Origin: Macrostomum lignano
Taxonomy: Eukaryota
Reading direction: 5' to 3'
Length of the DNA: 64,000 bases
Assembly: GCA_002269645.1 (NCBI GenBank)
Contig: NIVC01000114.1
Location: 897,218-961,217, forward strand
The notes beneath the pieces are model-generated. The model ran no database searches. It saw only the letters and a program-made list of their open reading frames with translations, and was not told where the DNA came from. Made by a program: the position numbers and the translations under genes. Within the stretch, counting starts at the first letter, position 1. Each line of letters begins with the position of its first letter. This document shows positions 31,770 to 45,001 of the stretch, piece after piece.

Positions 31770-32480
31770 AGACATTCTGTACAGTCAACAGTAGGACTCT
31801 ATGTACAGTCTACAGTAAGGCTCTACAGTCTACAGTAGGACTATACAGCCTACAGTAAGACTCTATACAGCCTACAGTAAGACTCTATACAGCCTACAGT
31901 AAGACTCTTTACAGTCTACAGTAAGACTCTTTACAGTCTACAGTAAGACTCTATACAGTGTACAGTAAAGACTCTATACAGTGTACAGTAAAGACTCTAT
32001 ACAGTCCACAGAAACTTTATACAGCCTACTGTAGGACTCTATACAGCCTACTGTAAGACTCTATACAGCCTACTGTAAGATTATAGTCTACAGTAACTCT
32101 CTCTGTCTCTATACAGCCTGCTGTAAGATTATACAGTCTACAGTAACTCTCTCTATACAGCCTGCTGTAAGATTATACAGTCTACAGTAACTCTCTCTAT
32201 ACAGCCTGCTGTAAGATTATACAGTCTACAGTAACTCTCTCTATACAGCCTACTGTAAGATTATACAGTCTACAGTAACTCTCTCTATACAGCCTGCTGT
32301 AAGATTATACAGTCTACAGTAACTCTCTCTATACAGCCTGCTGTAAGATTATACAGTCTACAGTAACTCTCTCTATACAGCCTACTGTAAGATTATACAG
32401 TCTACAGTAACTCTCTCTATACAGCCTGCTGTAAGATTATACAGTCTACAGTAACTCTCTATAAAAGCCTACAGTAAGAC
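31770..32480. repeat. 22-bp minisatellite grading into a 44-bp dimeric unit, upstream of ALG2
   Basis: CTCTATACAGCCTACAGTAAGA units, then a 44-bp period (32151, 32195...). Confidence 0.9.
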
Positions 32481-33068
32481 GAGTTATTTTATGAAAGTTT
32501 CTAAAAGTACATACATAGATAGTTATGATTTAAAACTATGACTGTCATATTATTTCACACGTAGCCATAAGACTTCGCGAAGGTACAACTCATCTTCTTT
32601 CTACGATTTTACTATTTCGTTTCTTAAATCTCTTTACTCAGCCAGCTTCACAAGAGAATAGCAAGTATACAAGAATACCTTAGATGCATCGAATTTAACA
32701 TCTTGGATTTTAACCCACTGTACAGATAATAAACACACTAGCTAAGAACAATTGTGTTAGAAAATTGCCTGAGACCAGAGGTAGACTAAAAAAATTAAAC
32801 GAGTACAGTAAGCAGAAACAAGGATCTCTATTTTTAGACTGTTCATTTAATATTAGATCTACTCTTCTCTACAAATATAATTCTATAGCATTATTGAAAG
32901 TTGCCAAATGCACTGAATATTTTATTACAAATTTACTACTTGAGTCTCTGACAAAATGGAATGGAAGCTAGCGGAATTGATGCATTGGATTACGCACTGA
33001 CTAAGAAAACAGTGGTGACTTTCAACAGCTAACAAGGGACTTTTGTAAATAGAATTTTGGCCAGTGTC

Positions 33069-34045
33069 AACTCATGAAACCAGGATAAAATTTTCAGGCC
33101 CAAGGTTCTATAAACTAGCATGGAATTTTAAAGACTTTGAGGACTTGGACTTTTAAGTTTTTGAGCAAATCAATTAGTTTCTCAATTTCCCAATGCTTCA
33201 GAGCAAGGGTTCACCCCTACCTACCCACTAAAGGGCACCCAAAAATAAGTAAGCTTGATTCAATCAAGCATATATGCACAAATTTCACTATAGACCAGTA
33301 CCTTATTGCAACCAAGGGTCAAATAGTGTCATATTGTTCTTATAGTGCACAAGTATAAATTAAAAAGTGCACTAAACAGAAATATGCCTTTTCTTTATTT
33401 GCTCAATCAGTTGTTGAATTGTACTAGAGTATTGCCATTTTCAAAAACACTTTTAGCTGCAATAGGGAAGGCAAAACAGGTATGTATTTAACCCAATAGG
33501 AAAAAGTTAAACTTTGGTAACTAGCTAATCTTTGTAGATTTCCATTTCTAATAAGGTTTTAGCCTAGTAGCTAATGTCAGACTAATGACCTGAGGGTCAA
33601 GGGTTTATTCTCAACTCATGAAACCAGGATAAAATTTTCAGGCTTAAGGTTCTATACCCTAGCATGGAATTTTAAGGCCTTTGAGGACTTGGACTTTTAA
33701 GTTTTTGAGCAAATCAAGTAGTTTCTCAATTTCCCAATGCTTCAGAGCAAGGGTTCACCCCTACCTACCCACTAAAGGGCACCCAAAAATAAGTAAGCTT
33801 GATTCAATCAAGCATATATGCACAAATTTCACTATAGACCAGTACCTTATTGCAACCAAGGGTCAAATAGTGTCATATTGTTCTTATAGTGCACAAGTAT
33901 AAATTAAAAAGTGCACTAAACAGAAATATGCCTTTGGTAAAACTTTGGTAACTAGCTAATCTTTGTAGATTTCCATTTCTAATAAGGTTTTAGCCTAGTA
34001 GCTAATGTCAGACTAATGACCTGAGGGTCAAGGGTTTATTCTCAA
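33069..34045. repeat. About 544-bp tandem duplication (second copy internally deleted)
   Basis: CAACTCATGAAACCAGGATAAAATTTTCAGGC... occurs twice. Near-identical ORFs at 33137 and 33681. Confidence 0.92.
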
Positions 34046-34260
34046 CCCACTTGGAACAATTTGTATCCTTGAGCAAGACATTTAACTCTGCATTGCTTTA
34101 GTTTGCCCAGCTGTACAATAAGTACTCAGCAGTAGCTGGGACTATTGAGGGTTGTCTGACAACCCCCCCCCCAGACTATCCCAGTCCTTAGACTAAACAG
34201 CCATTTGAAACTTTTATACATGCCATGAAATAGCTGCAACTAAGCTGTCAGTTGCACATC
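33980..34260 (+). mobile_element. Degenerate SINE copy
   Basis: GTATCCTTGAGCAAGACATTTAACTCTGCATTGC...CCCAGCTGTACAAT, preceded by a decayed tRNA-like head. Confidence 0.7.
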
Positions 34261-37200
34261 TGGTACAATTCGAGCAGGTATACTCAATGTTATTATTATT
34301 ACTATTAGATAGTGCTTCATGGGTTAAAGGCATAGGTTAAACTTTTTACTTTTATATAGCAATATAGAATAACTGATCATGGTCATAAGCTAGGGGTATT
34401 TTCTTTAGCCAAAAAATAAATATATCAATAAACTTTAAAGCAACTACAAATCTATAAAATATATTTAGCTAAGTAATAAAGAAAAATATTAAAACATAAG
34501 GGAATTAGCAATAATGTGGTATGTATACTTTTATAGTAAGCTCAAATTAATGTTTCAAATAAAAATAAATGATATATAAAAAAGCTAGAATTTATATTTT
34601 TAATAAATCTATATTTGTATTTAACTTTTAACATCAATCAATGATGTATAAATTGTAGAAAAAATATCATATTATATAAAAATAGTTATATTGCACTTCT
34701 TAAAATCATTAAGAATAGGGGCTAAATCTGAATATATAATGAAAAATCTGGCATACATAGTGTTGCATTGTTAAGTTTAATTAAGTGGCACAATAATTTG
34801 GTAGAATAAATGATGTCTCCATTTTGATAAATTGATTCACAAATAATGCTAATAGAAATGATTCACAATATATAATATTAAGGCATTGGAATGGTAGGCC
34901 ATATGGGCACAAAATGGGATAGTAGGCACTAGGCACACAAGATATACAGTCAATAATTCAAGTCATTTAGTTAGATATTTAGTGACAAGTTCAGCAGTAG
35001 ATGCCAGCATTATCTTATAGCTTTATGAACTGCCAAAAAATAAATTTAGAGCTGCTCTACATTAAAATTTTCTTACTTTTAAGCATTTTTAAAATGTAAA
35101 AAATAATTCTTAAACTGCTAAAATGAACTTTCATAATCTAGTTTCATTTTGAAAGGATTTTTTTTATAATAAGATAACTATTAAATTTGGAATGTAGCTA
35201 GATAAGTAATTAGGACAAAATACTATATATATAAAAAGCTATAATCATACAATTTCATCTCTAGGGCAAAGGCAGAGACAAGCAATGTGGTAGTATGAGC
35301 AAGCATTTTGAGGTAGGCCCCAAAGCAATTATGGTCTATAAAGGAGCTTAAAGCAACAAAAGCTTAAAATATTAAATTATATTTTAGTAATAGCAACACC
35401 TTAGCTTACTAAGGCAGACAATGTATATAAAAACCTATGCAATACATATGCATATTAGGGATTAAAGATAGTAAGTTAAAACACATATGTATAGCATATA
35501 AAATGTAGATTGGAATTATAGGAAGAGAATCAAGATAGTAAGATGGAGTGCTCAAACAATCAAAGCCATAGTCAGGAAGGTGGCCTTTGCCATGGAAAAT
35601 TCCAACGCATACAAAGGGTCCTTGGCGCACTTGGCACATAATCATGGCACACACTGAGGTCCCTGGCACATGCGGCACATAATTGTAGCACATAAAGTCC
35701 CTGACATAATGCTTGCTGTGCACAACTTTGTTGCATAAGGAATCAGAATAGAATCTTTATTAGCATAAAACTGGTGTAATATATTGAATCTGCATGAATT
35801 CTAAGAATTTTGTAAATTTGTTATAAAATACATAATTTAGATAAAATACATAAAATAAGGACACAAACATGGCGCGTAGATGGCGCACAGACAGCGCACA
35901 AATGGCATATAGACAGCACACAGATTGTCCCAAAAAAAATTTTCTGGCGCACACTATGCTACCTTGCTGACTATGGAATCAAGGTAGGCCTAGTGTTATT
36001 TGCTAAGAAAGATACAAATGAATGCTAAACAAGGTATATCATAATAAAGATAAGTGTTAAGCATAAGAAGGGAAAGGGTACTTTTTGGTAGGCCTATAGT
36101 TTTTAAGAAAATATTATTCTTATATTTTATAATAATTACATTTTAAATTATATTTATTGGCAATTGAAATAAGCATCTTAGATATGTTTTGTTTTAATTT
36201 TTTTTATATTCTAAAAAAGTTCATTCTATAATGTTATTTTGTCTATATATCTAATATATTTAATTTAAAATATTTTGAAAATAATTATTTCTTATCAGTA
36301 TCTTTCTTTATTTACATAAACTAGTTTTAATCAAGTTATTTATTCTAGCTATTATTTAAGCCAGTTGCTTTATTATTTCTCAATTAAAATTAAGATGTTT
36401 CTACAATCAAACTTGAAGTAATGTTGTTGTCTATCACTTTTGTATTAGTTTTAATTGTAATTATTTTTTTAAACAGTTAAATTATTTTCCATTTAGACTT
36501 AGAAAAAAAATTATAAATAAACTTTGCAAGCAAAGTGTTACAAAAACAAAAAGCATAGAAAAAATAACCTTACTAATATTAATAAATTATGGCCTAAAAT
36601 TGATATAACTAAGACTAAGAGAAGGCCTACTACTAAATATTAAATACATTAAAAAACAGGCCAAGCTAGCTAGCATATCTGCCATCTAATTTGGTGTCTG
36701 ACAAAGTTGCTGCTGCTGCATCCTGTACAAAGTTGTGTAGGCCTAATATATATTAAAATAATGCATAGATAAGCTAGATTTTAGCACATTGAACTAGAGT
36801 GCTTCGTGCATGGCCATGCACTCGACTAAAAAAGTTAATTAAGCTAGGCCTATCTATATGTATAACTTAATACATTCTTAATAAATTCTGAAGAGTTTAT
36901 TTTATAATATCACTTCAGACAAATACGAATTTTATTTCAAATACGAATTTAGAAAAGCGTTGATCGAATAAAATATGTTTTGAAGTAAATTTAGTTTAAG
37001 ATTAAAGCGTTGCTTGAGCTTTACGAAAAAAATTTGCGCTTAAGACGGGGACCTGAACAGTTTGATACTTTGATCTCTACGACTATGAGAAGCTGCAGGA
37101 TTTAAAACACTAACTACTGAATTCACCGGCTGTTGGGTTCACCGGATTTTTAACTTTATTTTTAGGGCTTAAAAATATACATAATCAATAGCGCAAGTAA

Positions 37201-38904
37201 AACTAGAGATGCGCCTAGATTTTTGGCTCTGCGCGTTGCCCCTGGACATCAGGAGGGCGATTTTTGTTATTTTTTGGGGGGTGAAACCGGCGGTGAACCC
37301 AATAAATCCTTCCAGAGAGCTGAAAACCTGTCATGCAATATTTCAAAGCAAAATATAGGCAGATTTCGACGTGCGCATAAAATTTTAGCGTTGCGCGTTG
37401 CTCCTGAACTTCAGGAGAACGTTTTTTGTTAAATTCCGGTGTTGAATGACTGCCGCTGAACTCCGCGGTGAACGAAATTAAGTGCGTTTCCCGAGTCGAA
37501 AAATAGTAAATTTTCCTATTAAAAAAGTTACAAAGTAAAGTTTTATCACTTTCATCAGCATTTTTGCACTCACTTTTGTGTTGTTGACTGTTAAGCTATT
37601 TATTTTAATGCAAAGCGAAAACATTAAAAAATATTTCGAACTGCGAGTCTTTATTGCGCAACGTGGCAGCAGGCAGTAACAGCGCACTTGCGCATAAAAA
37701 ATACATTATACGAGCGTATTTATACGCCGTGTGGTATTTTTGTGGCCATACTTAATAATGAAGCCTTTTATGCTGTTTTACTTCCTATATTTTTAGATTT
37801 ATTTTTCAATTACGTCTTCAAAAATGCAGTCAAAGTGTTAATATCAGTATAGGCAATAAAATAAAATTGGCATTTCTTGGCTTGATGCTTTTTACAACTT
37901 GTTAAAACCTCTATTTTAATATTTCTTTTCTTCTAATAAGTCAAATTATAAACATAATATCTATTTAAGATTCCATAGTGCTTTTCCATTAAGTATAAAT
38001 TCAATTATATCAGGCAGGCACTTAGTATACTTTTATAAAATAATAACTATAACATGCAGTAAAAATATTGACTATACTAGCCTATTTAATTACTTGTAAT
38101 TTTATGTAATATTACTAGCCAATAAATATTTTTATATTTGATTTCATTGTAATTATAAAAAAATTTAAAAAATTCTGTATATTTATAACATTCTTGACTC
38201 ATAAAATTCTTTCTTGTTTTTTCTCCTAACCATAATTAATATTTCAAAAAATATACATCAAGAATTATTAATTTTTCTTGATTTGTAAATAAAAATATTA
38301 CTCTGCAATTTCCAATATTTTTCATGTATTTTATGTAAAATGCCCAATTTCATGTGTTTTTTGTGTTTCCATCAGTTTAGCTTGGGCTAACTAGAAACTG
38401 CAGACTGACAGAGTGCATTTCTTTCTCCGGGATATTGCTTCTTTCTAAGTTAAAGAGACCAATATGCTCATTAGGAGTAGCTTTATGCCCAGAAGCACAG
38501 TACGCACAATAAATTGTGTTTTTTGTGTTTCCATCAGTTTAGCCTGTTATTGGGCTATCTAGAAACTGAAGACTGACAGAATGTATTCCTTTTTACGGAT
38601 ATTCCTCGTGTTGCTGAATTGTTGACATCAATGTTGTCACAAGAGATTTTTTGTCGTGCCATTGTCAAAATTGGCAATGTAGTTGCAACAACATTGATAC
38701 ATCTTTACTACTTTACTATGAGTAGTGCAGCGAGAGTTGTGAATGAAATAAAGTAAGGCATAAAATTGTTAAACCAGAATTATTTTAGCTCTGAACATAC
38801 CTGCTATTCTAATTCAAAAGAATGGAAACGTGTTTTAAAATTTTAAATTAGTAATATATTTGAGGTTTACAATTCGAAGTTTTTCTCACGAATCAACCTC
38901 AACC

Positions 38905-39490
38905 AGTCGTATCTACAGCTGCCTCTGCACGATGACGCCAAGAATCTGACCTGCTTCCACACCGAATTCGGCCTCTACCGTTTCAGACGCATGCCGTTCG
39001 GCATCAGCTCGGATCCGGCGGCCTTCCAGAAGGTCGTCGGCAAGATCCTCCAAGGCATCAGAGGCGTCGTTCACTATCAAGACGACATCGCCGTTCACGC
39101 CGGTACTGAAGCTGAGCACGAAAGTCGCGTACTTCAGGTACTGGACAAGCTGCTGCAGCATCGAGTAACCGTCAACCTCAAGAAGTGCAACCTTCAAGGC
39201 GTCGGAGATCGAGTTCGTTGGGCACCGCGTCACCATTAGTTAATCAGTTAACCATTAGTTAGTCGCACACCGGGTCCGTATCGGGACTCAAGGCACCCAC
39301 CAATACGGCAAAGTTAGCCTCATTCCTTGGCTTTGCAAAGTTCTTCCAGTTCTACATCAAGAACCTGTCTCACGTCGCCGAGCCGCTAACAGCGCTCCTG
39401 CGCAAGGACACGCCATGGAACTGGGACGCAAAATGCGAGATGGCCTTCAGCGAAGCGAAGCGTCTCATCTCATCAGCACCGTGCCTCATC
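38905..39490 (+). mobile_element. Ty3/Gypsy RT fragment inside the foldback element
   Basis: LQLPLHDDAKNLTCFHTEFGLYRFRRMPFGISSDPAAFQ...YQDD...VNLKKC. After a frameshift: LASFLG...AEPLTALLRKDTPWNWDAKCEMAF. Confidence 0.88.
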
Positions 39491-39509
39491 TCATCCTTCC
39501 CGCTTTCAG

Positions 39510-40352
39510 CTATGGCGTTATCCGCCTCTTTCAACCCCGCTGAAGCCGGGGCCCCGGCAACTCCGGCCGGTGACTCTGGCACGAGCGCCGCCCCACTGGG
39601 GGCAGATGGGCTTGCCGCCGGCTCGGCCGGTGACATGCCCGCACGCGCAACCGGGCCCTCCGCTGAAGCCCGACGCGCCCGCAACCAACGCCGCAACGAG
39701 CGGCGACGGCGACTGCGGGCCGACCACCGGCGGAGGGGGAACCTAGGGAGGACGAGGCTGCTGTTGGCCCGAAAGGAGCCACAGCAACCCCTGCCCCCAA
39801 GGATACAACCCCCGCTGGTGAGCTGGGGAACCGCCGCACTAATTACACCTCAAAGGTCAAGCTCCAACCGGCGGTCATCGTCTTCGGGGAAGAGCAAGAC
39901 CTCACGGCCGACGAGCTCGACAGTGCCTGGCGCACCATCGATGCTGCGCTCATCGACCAGCTCCTGGCGGGCCGCCCTGTGAGCGTGGTCAAGTCCGCCA
40001 AGACCGACGGCTGCATCTTCATCTGGTGCAGCTCGGAGGAGAGCAGCCGCAGTCTACGCGAGCTTCTGCCAAAGCTGAACTGGCCCAAGAAGCTCGGCAA
40101 GCTCGTCTTCGCCAGCGCTTTCGCGTCTGGATCCTGGCCGGCAGTGCCATTAAGTCCGGAGATCAGCTTAGGCAAATATTGCTAAAGCTGCACCCTGACC
40201 TTGAGGTCAACGGGCTCCTACACCACGCCACTTCCCGCAAGGAGAAGGGGGCTACGGTGATCCTAGGGCTCTCTAATGACTGGGCTGAGCACTTGCCGCC
40301 TAAGTCCACAATCCATATTGGTCTTGTAGTGACCTTCGCGAACTTTCTTTAG
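39510..40352 (+). mobile_element. Frameshifted LINE ORF1 fragment (different family from 43458) inside the foldback element
   Basis: QPAVIVFGEEQDLTADELDSAWRTIDAAL...SSEESSRSLRELLP and QILLKLHPDLEVNGL...ATVILGLSNDWA align by eye with ORF1 PGVIIQGRDQDWTTDQLQKVWSAVDSYL and RVLLRLNPDLPASGL...SIVLGLSSTWA. Confidence 0.75.
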
Positions 40353-43300
40353 CGTATGAATAATAGAAATTTCCCGATATGGTAATTTTAAATATTCTAC
40401 GCTTTTCCTGAAATTTCCATCAAGTTCACAATATTATTTCTACACCGATTATGCATAGTTAATTATTAATTTACATGAATTCTTGTACTGTAACACTTAG
40501 TCACTATTTGAGCAATACGTACATACAACTTAGTTTTGTTATAACGATGCACGTTTTTCCAGAACTTTCCTAAAACCCCAATTTCATCTATAAATACACG
40601 AAACCAGAAATGCAATTATTTTAAGTCCTTTTCAATCACTCGATTGACTCAAATAAACAGAGCATTCAACTGCCAAAGCCTTTACAGTCTGACTCAGCTG
40701 ACCATCCTCCGTTGCGAGGAGCGGAAAGCTGATGAAGCCAAGAATGCCAAGGCTTCCGAAACCGGAACTGGGGCGAAAAAAGGGCGAAAGGTTAGGAGAA
40801 AAAACAAGAAAGAATTTTATGAGTCAAGAATGTTATAAATATACAGAATTTTTTAAATTTTTTTATAATTACAATGAAATCAAATATAAAAATATTTATT
40901 GGCTAGTAATATTACATAAAATTACAAGTAATTAAATAGGCTAGTATAGTCAATATTTTTACTGCATGTTATAGTTATTATTTTATAAAAGTATACTAAG
41001 TGCCTGCCTGATATAATTGAATTTATACTTAATGGAAAAGCACTATGGAATCTTAAATAGATATTATGTTTATAATTTGACTTATTAGAAGAAAAGAAAT
41101 ATTAAAATAGAGGTTTTAACAAGTTGTAAAAAGCATCAAGCCAAGAAATGCCAATTTTATTTTATTGCCTATACTGATATTAACACTTTGACTGCATTTT
41201 TGAAGACGTAATTGAAAAATAAATCTAAAAATATAGGAAGTAAAACAGCATAAAAGGCTTCATTATTAAGTATGGCCACAAAAATACCACACGGCGTATA
41301 AATACGCTCGTATAATGTATTTTTTATGCGCAAGTGCGCTGTTACTGCCTGCTGCCACGTTGCGCAATAAAGACTCGCAGTTCGAAATATTTTTTAATGT
41401 TTTCGCTTTGCATTAAAATAAATAGCTTAACAGTCAACAACACAAAAGTGAGTGCAAAAATGCTGATGAAAGTGATAAAACTTTACTTTGTAACTTTTTT
41501 AATAGGAAAATTTACTATTTTTCGACTCGGGAAACGCACTTAATTTCGTTCACCGCGGAGTTCAGCGGCAGTCATTCAACACCGGAATTTAACAAAAAAC
41601 GTTCTCCTGAAGTTCAGGAGCAACGCGCAACGCTAAAATTTTATGCGCACGTCGAAATCTGCCTATATTTTGCTTTGAAATATTGCATGACAGGTTTTCA
41701 GCTCTCTGGAAGGATTTATTGGGTTCACCGCCGGTTTCACCCCCCAAAAAATAACAAAAATCGCCCTCCTGATGTCCAGGGGCAACGCGCAGAGCCAAAA
41801 ATCTAGGCGCATCTCTAGTTTTACTTGCGCTATTGATTATGTATATTTTTAAGCCCTAAAAATAAAGTTAAAAATCCGGTGAACCCAACAGCCGGTGAAT
41901 TCAGTAGTTAGTTTTAAAACTGCGTCTAGCTAGCACGCTTAAGCAAATGTTAAAAAATAAATTTAGAAAAGTCTACGTAGCTTAACAAATCTAAAGTAAA
42001 TGGCATTACTCATGGCTTTAAAGTCGATATATATTCTTATAAAATTATGTTGACTACAAACATAAAATAGATACATCATATTTTAACTCATTGAGTATCT
42101 TAACGACGCTACGGTTGAGCAACGAACAACATTGCTCACTGTTGAAAGTAAAAAATGTCTATCTAATTAATTTGTACACACCGACGACGTAGTTAACCTT
42201 AGTTAATTTTAGTAAAATTTAGCTAAAAAAACAATAGTTTGTAAAAAAACGAATCTTGTCATTTGTAATGAAGTACTATATATAACTAAAAACAAAAAAT
42301 CGGTTACTGCCCAAAGCAATCCTTAACTTTTGCACCGGTTGGGATTTTTGCCGGTTAGACAGCGGTGCATGAGTAGGTGAGATTTTTGTTGGCAATAGTC
42401 GATACCCAGTTATATCTGTTCTTTAGCAATAGCACTATTACATGTATAACACGTACTATATACGAGCGTAGGATGTGCAAAAACTTGATGCCTGCGTTTC
42501 CTGCACTCCTTGCCTAGAGATTTTGTTCAGACCTTAAATAAAGTCCACAAATGCCTGTATACATGTACATACGCACGTGTATCTGCGGCCCCTTGGCTAT
42601 GTGTACAAAAAGCAAGTACCAAAAACTTTTTGATGGGGGGGCATGCGTGTCCCTCCAAGCAGAATTTGCCTCCCTGTCGAGATCATCGAAGCCTTCGCTT
42701 CATTTTCACGCACATTTAGATTGTACATACTTGTACAGCTGATACCACGGTATAGCTGGGGTATGCATATGTACATGTATATACTCTTCTTGAAGTCAAG
42801 CCAGCGCCATGATGTACAGTACGACGGGTTTCAACGTGTGGGATGTTTTGGACGAGTTGAACGCATCTAGTAGATCTCTAGTGCTTGCAGTAAATCAGGA
42901 TCAGCATTCTCAACAAATGACCTAGCTCCATATCATGCTGCACGCGAAGGCGTATTCAGCATGCCAGTGAAGTATGAGACAGACTAGGCCCATGGGCTAA
43001 GGTCTGCGATGCTTCACGCCTGCCCCTATCTTCAGCAGGTCAAGGCTGGTGGGAGGTCTGCACCCTCTATTTGCCTCTGGCAGCCGCAGACCCCCCCCCA
43101 CGCTGTCTCGCAAGTCGACCCAGGGTACTCGTCCCCGCGTGTGTTCAAGGCAGTCCCTAGGGCTGCTGGACAGACTGGGCTCCGGCGCTGGCGACCCTAT
43201 CCAGTGGCTTCGGCCGAATTTGGGTATGCGGGTCTGGCTCGCCAACCTGCAGGCCGTGGTACTGCTCAACGTACTCTCTAATGCCTAAGGTGTTGACCGT

Positions 43301-43457
43301 GCCGATGGGCTGGAAGGCCGGGGAGTAGTCCGGTCGCAAGCGGTCCCCCTCCTGGTGTCGGGCCAGCCTTGAGGGTGCTATTGGCCTACTGCCCGGTCAG
43401 GTGGAGCGGCCGAGTGGGTACCGCGCCCCTTTGAGGGTAGCCTACCAACCTTTTATC

Positions 43458-44978
43458 ATGGCCTTCGAGCCGATTATGGATAACAAAGCTTTTTCTAGGG
43501 ACGGGGACCCTTCTAAACCCCAACCTCAGTCCGAAGGACCGGCCGGCCCTGCTGGCAGATCCCAACCGACTGATTCAACTGTGGCAAAGGAAGGACCGGC
43601 TGGCTCTGCTGGCAGATCCGACCAGAGCTACCAAACTCAAAATACCCAAAGACCTGCCAGCTCCGCTGGTGGATCTAAGGGAACCGCGAGCTCTGAGCCT
43701 AAAGGACCGGCCAAATCTGGCAGATCCGATGAAGCTCAGCGGGCTCGGCTTGAGCGCAAACGCGCTAAACAACGCGCCAAAAGGCAGGCCAAGAAGGGAG
43801 CTGCGGGGGCCAAAGCGGCGGCGTCCACCATGGATGCTGAAGCGACTGGCGTCCCAAGGCAACCAGACGGGCCGGCCGGTGGAAGCTCCGGTAGTTCAGC
43901 GGCGGCGCTCCCTGGAGATGCTGCTGCGGCTGCTGAGGCCGAAACCACGGCGCAACAAATGGCCACTGCCAACAAGGAGATTCCTTCGGGAGCTACCTTT
44001 GCGGCGAAGGCCAAGGCCAAAATCCCGGGAGTGATCATCCAAGGTCGCGACCAGGACTGGACCACTGATCAGCTTCAAAAAGTGTGGAGTGCTGTTGACT
44101 CCTATCTGATTGAGCTGACTGTCGAGGAGGGAATCTCCATCGGCATTGAGCGGATGGTGCTGCGAAGCACATTCGTTCTTATTGCTCCTAGCAGCGAGGA
44201 GGACGCTCGGCAGCTGCTCCAGCGGCTACCGACGGTCTCCTTGGATGCTGACCTTGGCGGAGCTCTTTTTCTTCGCGAGGGCCAGCGTCCAAAGACGATA
44301 CCCTATGTGGTTTTCGTCCCTGCTAAGAGCACCGCAGCTGGACCAGACGTTATTCGCCGGGTCCTACTGCGTCTGAACCCCGACCTCCCTGCTAGTGGAC
44401 TGGTGTATCACCGTAAAGTCCGCAGGGGGGAGACGGGCAACTCAATTGTCCTCGGCCTTTCCAGCACTTGGGCGAGTCGGTACCCTAATGGATCTTCTTT
44501 CCAGCTGGGTGCCCTCAAGCTCAAGATGCGCCGAAGAAAGTCTGCCAAAGGGAAGGCTACTGCCAACCCCGGCATCTCCGGCAAGAGCGGGGCGCAGTCT
44601 AAGGCCCAAGGAAAGGCGCAAGCCGATCCCAAAGCCAAAGCTGCATCTCGCCCCTCTGCTAGCAGCAGTTCGGCGACCGCGGTAACGGCTCCGGCCAAGC
44701 CCCAGGAACCAAACCTGCCAGTCGGAGAAGGAGTTGAGGACGAGGCCGGGTCTTCGGAATCCGAGCTCTCCTCGGCCACCCTGGTGGGGTCTGAAGGTAA
44801 AGATGCAGGTGAGGAAGCTTCCTCCATCCTGTCATCGGAGCCTGAGGACTCTGCTGGGGGGCCGGTGGGGGTGAGGAGGCCATGGACGTCGACCAACTCC
44901 CATCTCCCAGTCAAGCCCCAGCGGCCTGGGACGAGGACGATCTGTTGTCCAAGTCTCCTTGATGGCCCTGGGCTCTAG
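43458..44978 (+). CDS. LINE ORF1 protein (basic coiled-coil region plus a DUF4780-like central domain)
   Basis: First ATG at 43458 within ORF 43401-44978. Lies immediately upstream of ORF2 and is homologous to the fragment at about 39850-40350. Confidence 0.8.
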   Translation: MAFEPIMDNKAFSRDGDPSKPQPQSEGPAGPAGRSQPTDSTVAKEGPAGSAGRSDQSYQTQNTQRPASSAGGSKGTASSEPKGPAKSGRSDEAQRARLERKRAKQRAKRQAKKGAAGAKAAASTMDAEATGVPRQPDGPAGGSSGSSAAALPGDAAAAAEAETTAQQMATANKEIPSGATFAAKAKAKIPGVIIQGRDQDWTTDQLQKVWSAVDSYLIELTVEEGISIGIERMVLRSTFVLIAPSSEEDARQLLQRLPTVSLDADLGGALFLREGQRPKTIPYVVFVPAKSTAAGPDVIRRVLLRLNPDLPASGLVYHRKVRRGETGNSIVLGLSSTWASRYPNGSSFQLGALKLKMRRRKSAKGKATANPGISGKSGAQSKAQGKAQADPKAKAASRPSASSSSATAVTAPAKPQEPNLPVGEGVEDEAGSSESELSSATLVGSEGKDAGEEASSILSSEPEDSAGGPVGVRRPWTSTNSHLPVKPQRPGTRTICCPSLLDGPGL

Positions 44979-45001
44979 CCAGAAATTGCATTTAATACAG
45001 T

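Larger units (their letters stand above)
37109..41912. mobile_element. Foldback-like DNA element: 1,123-bp terminal inverted repeats (37109-38231 and 40790-41912), 8-bp TSD, 2.56-kb captured interior
   Basis: Arms read as exact reverse complements wherever checked, and mirrored identical ORFs appear in the track. Termini ACTAACTACTGAATTCACC / GGTGAATTCAGTAGTTAGT. TTTAAAAC occurs at 37101-37108 and 41913-41920. Confidence 0.9.

Noticed and set aside
42940-43300. HDV-like ribozyme at the LINE 5' end (GCACGCG could pair with CGCGTGT near 43136; GGCTAAG near 42995)
   Set aside because: I could not build P2/P3/P1.1 in the required order. The GGCTAA region folds as a simple hairpin. A covariance-model search would be needed.
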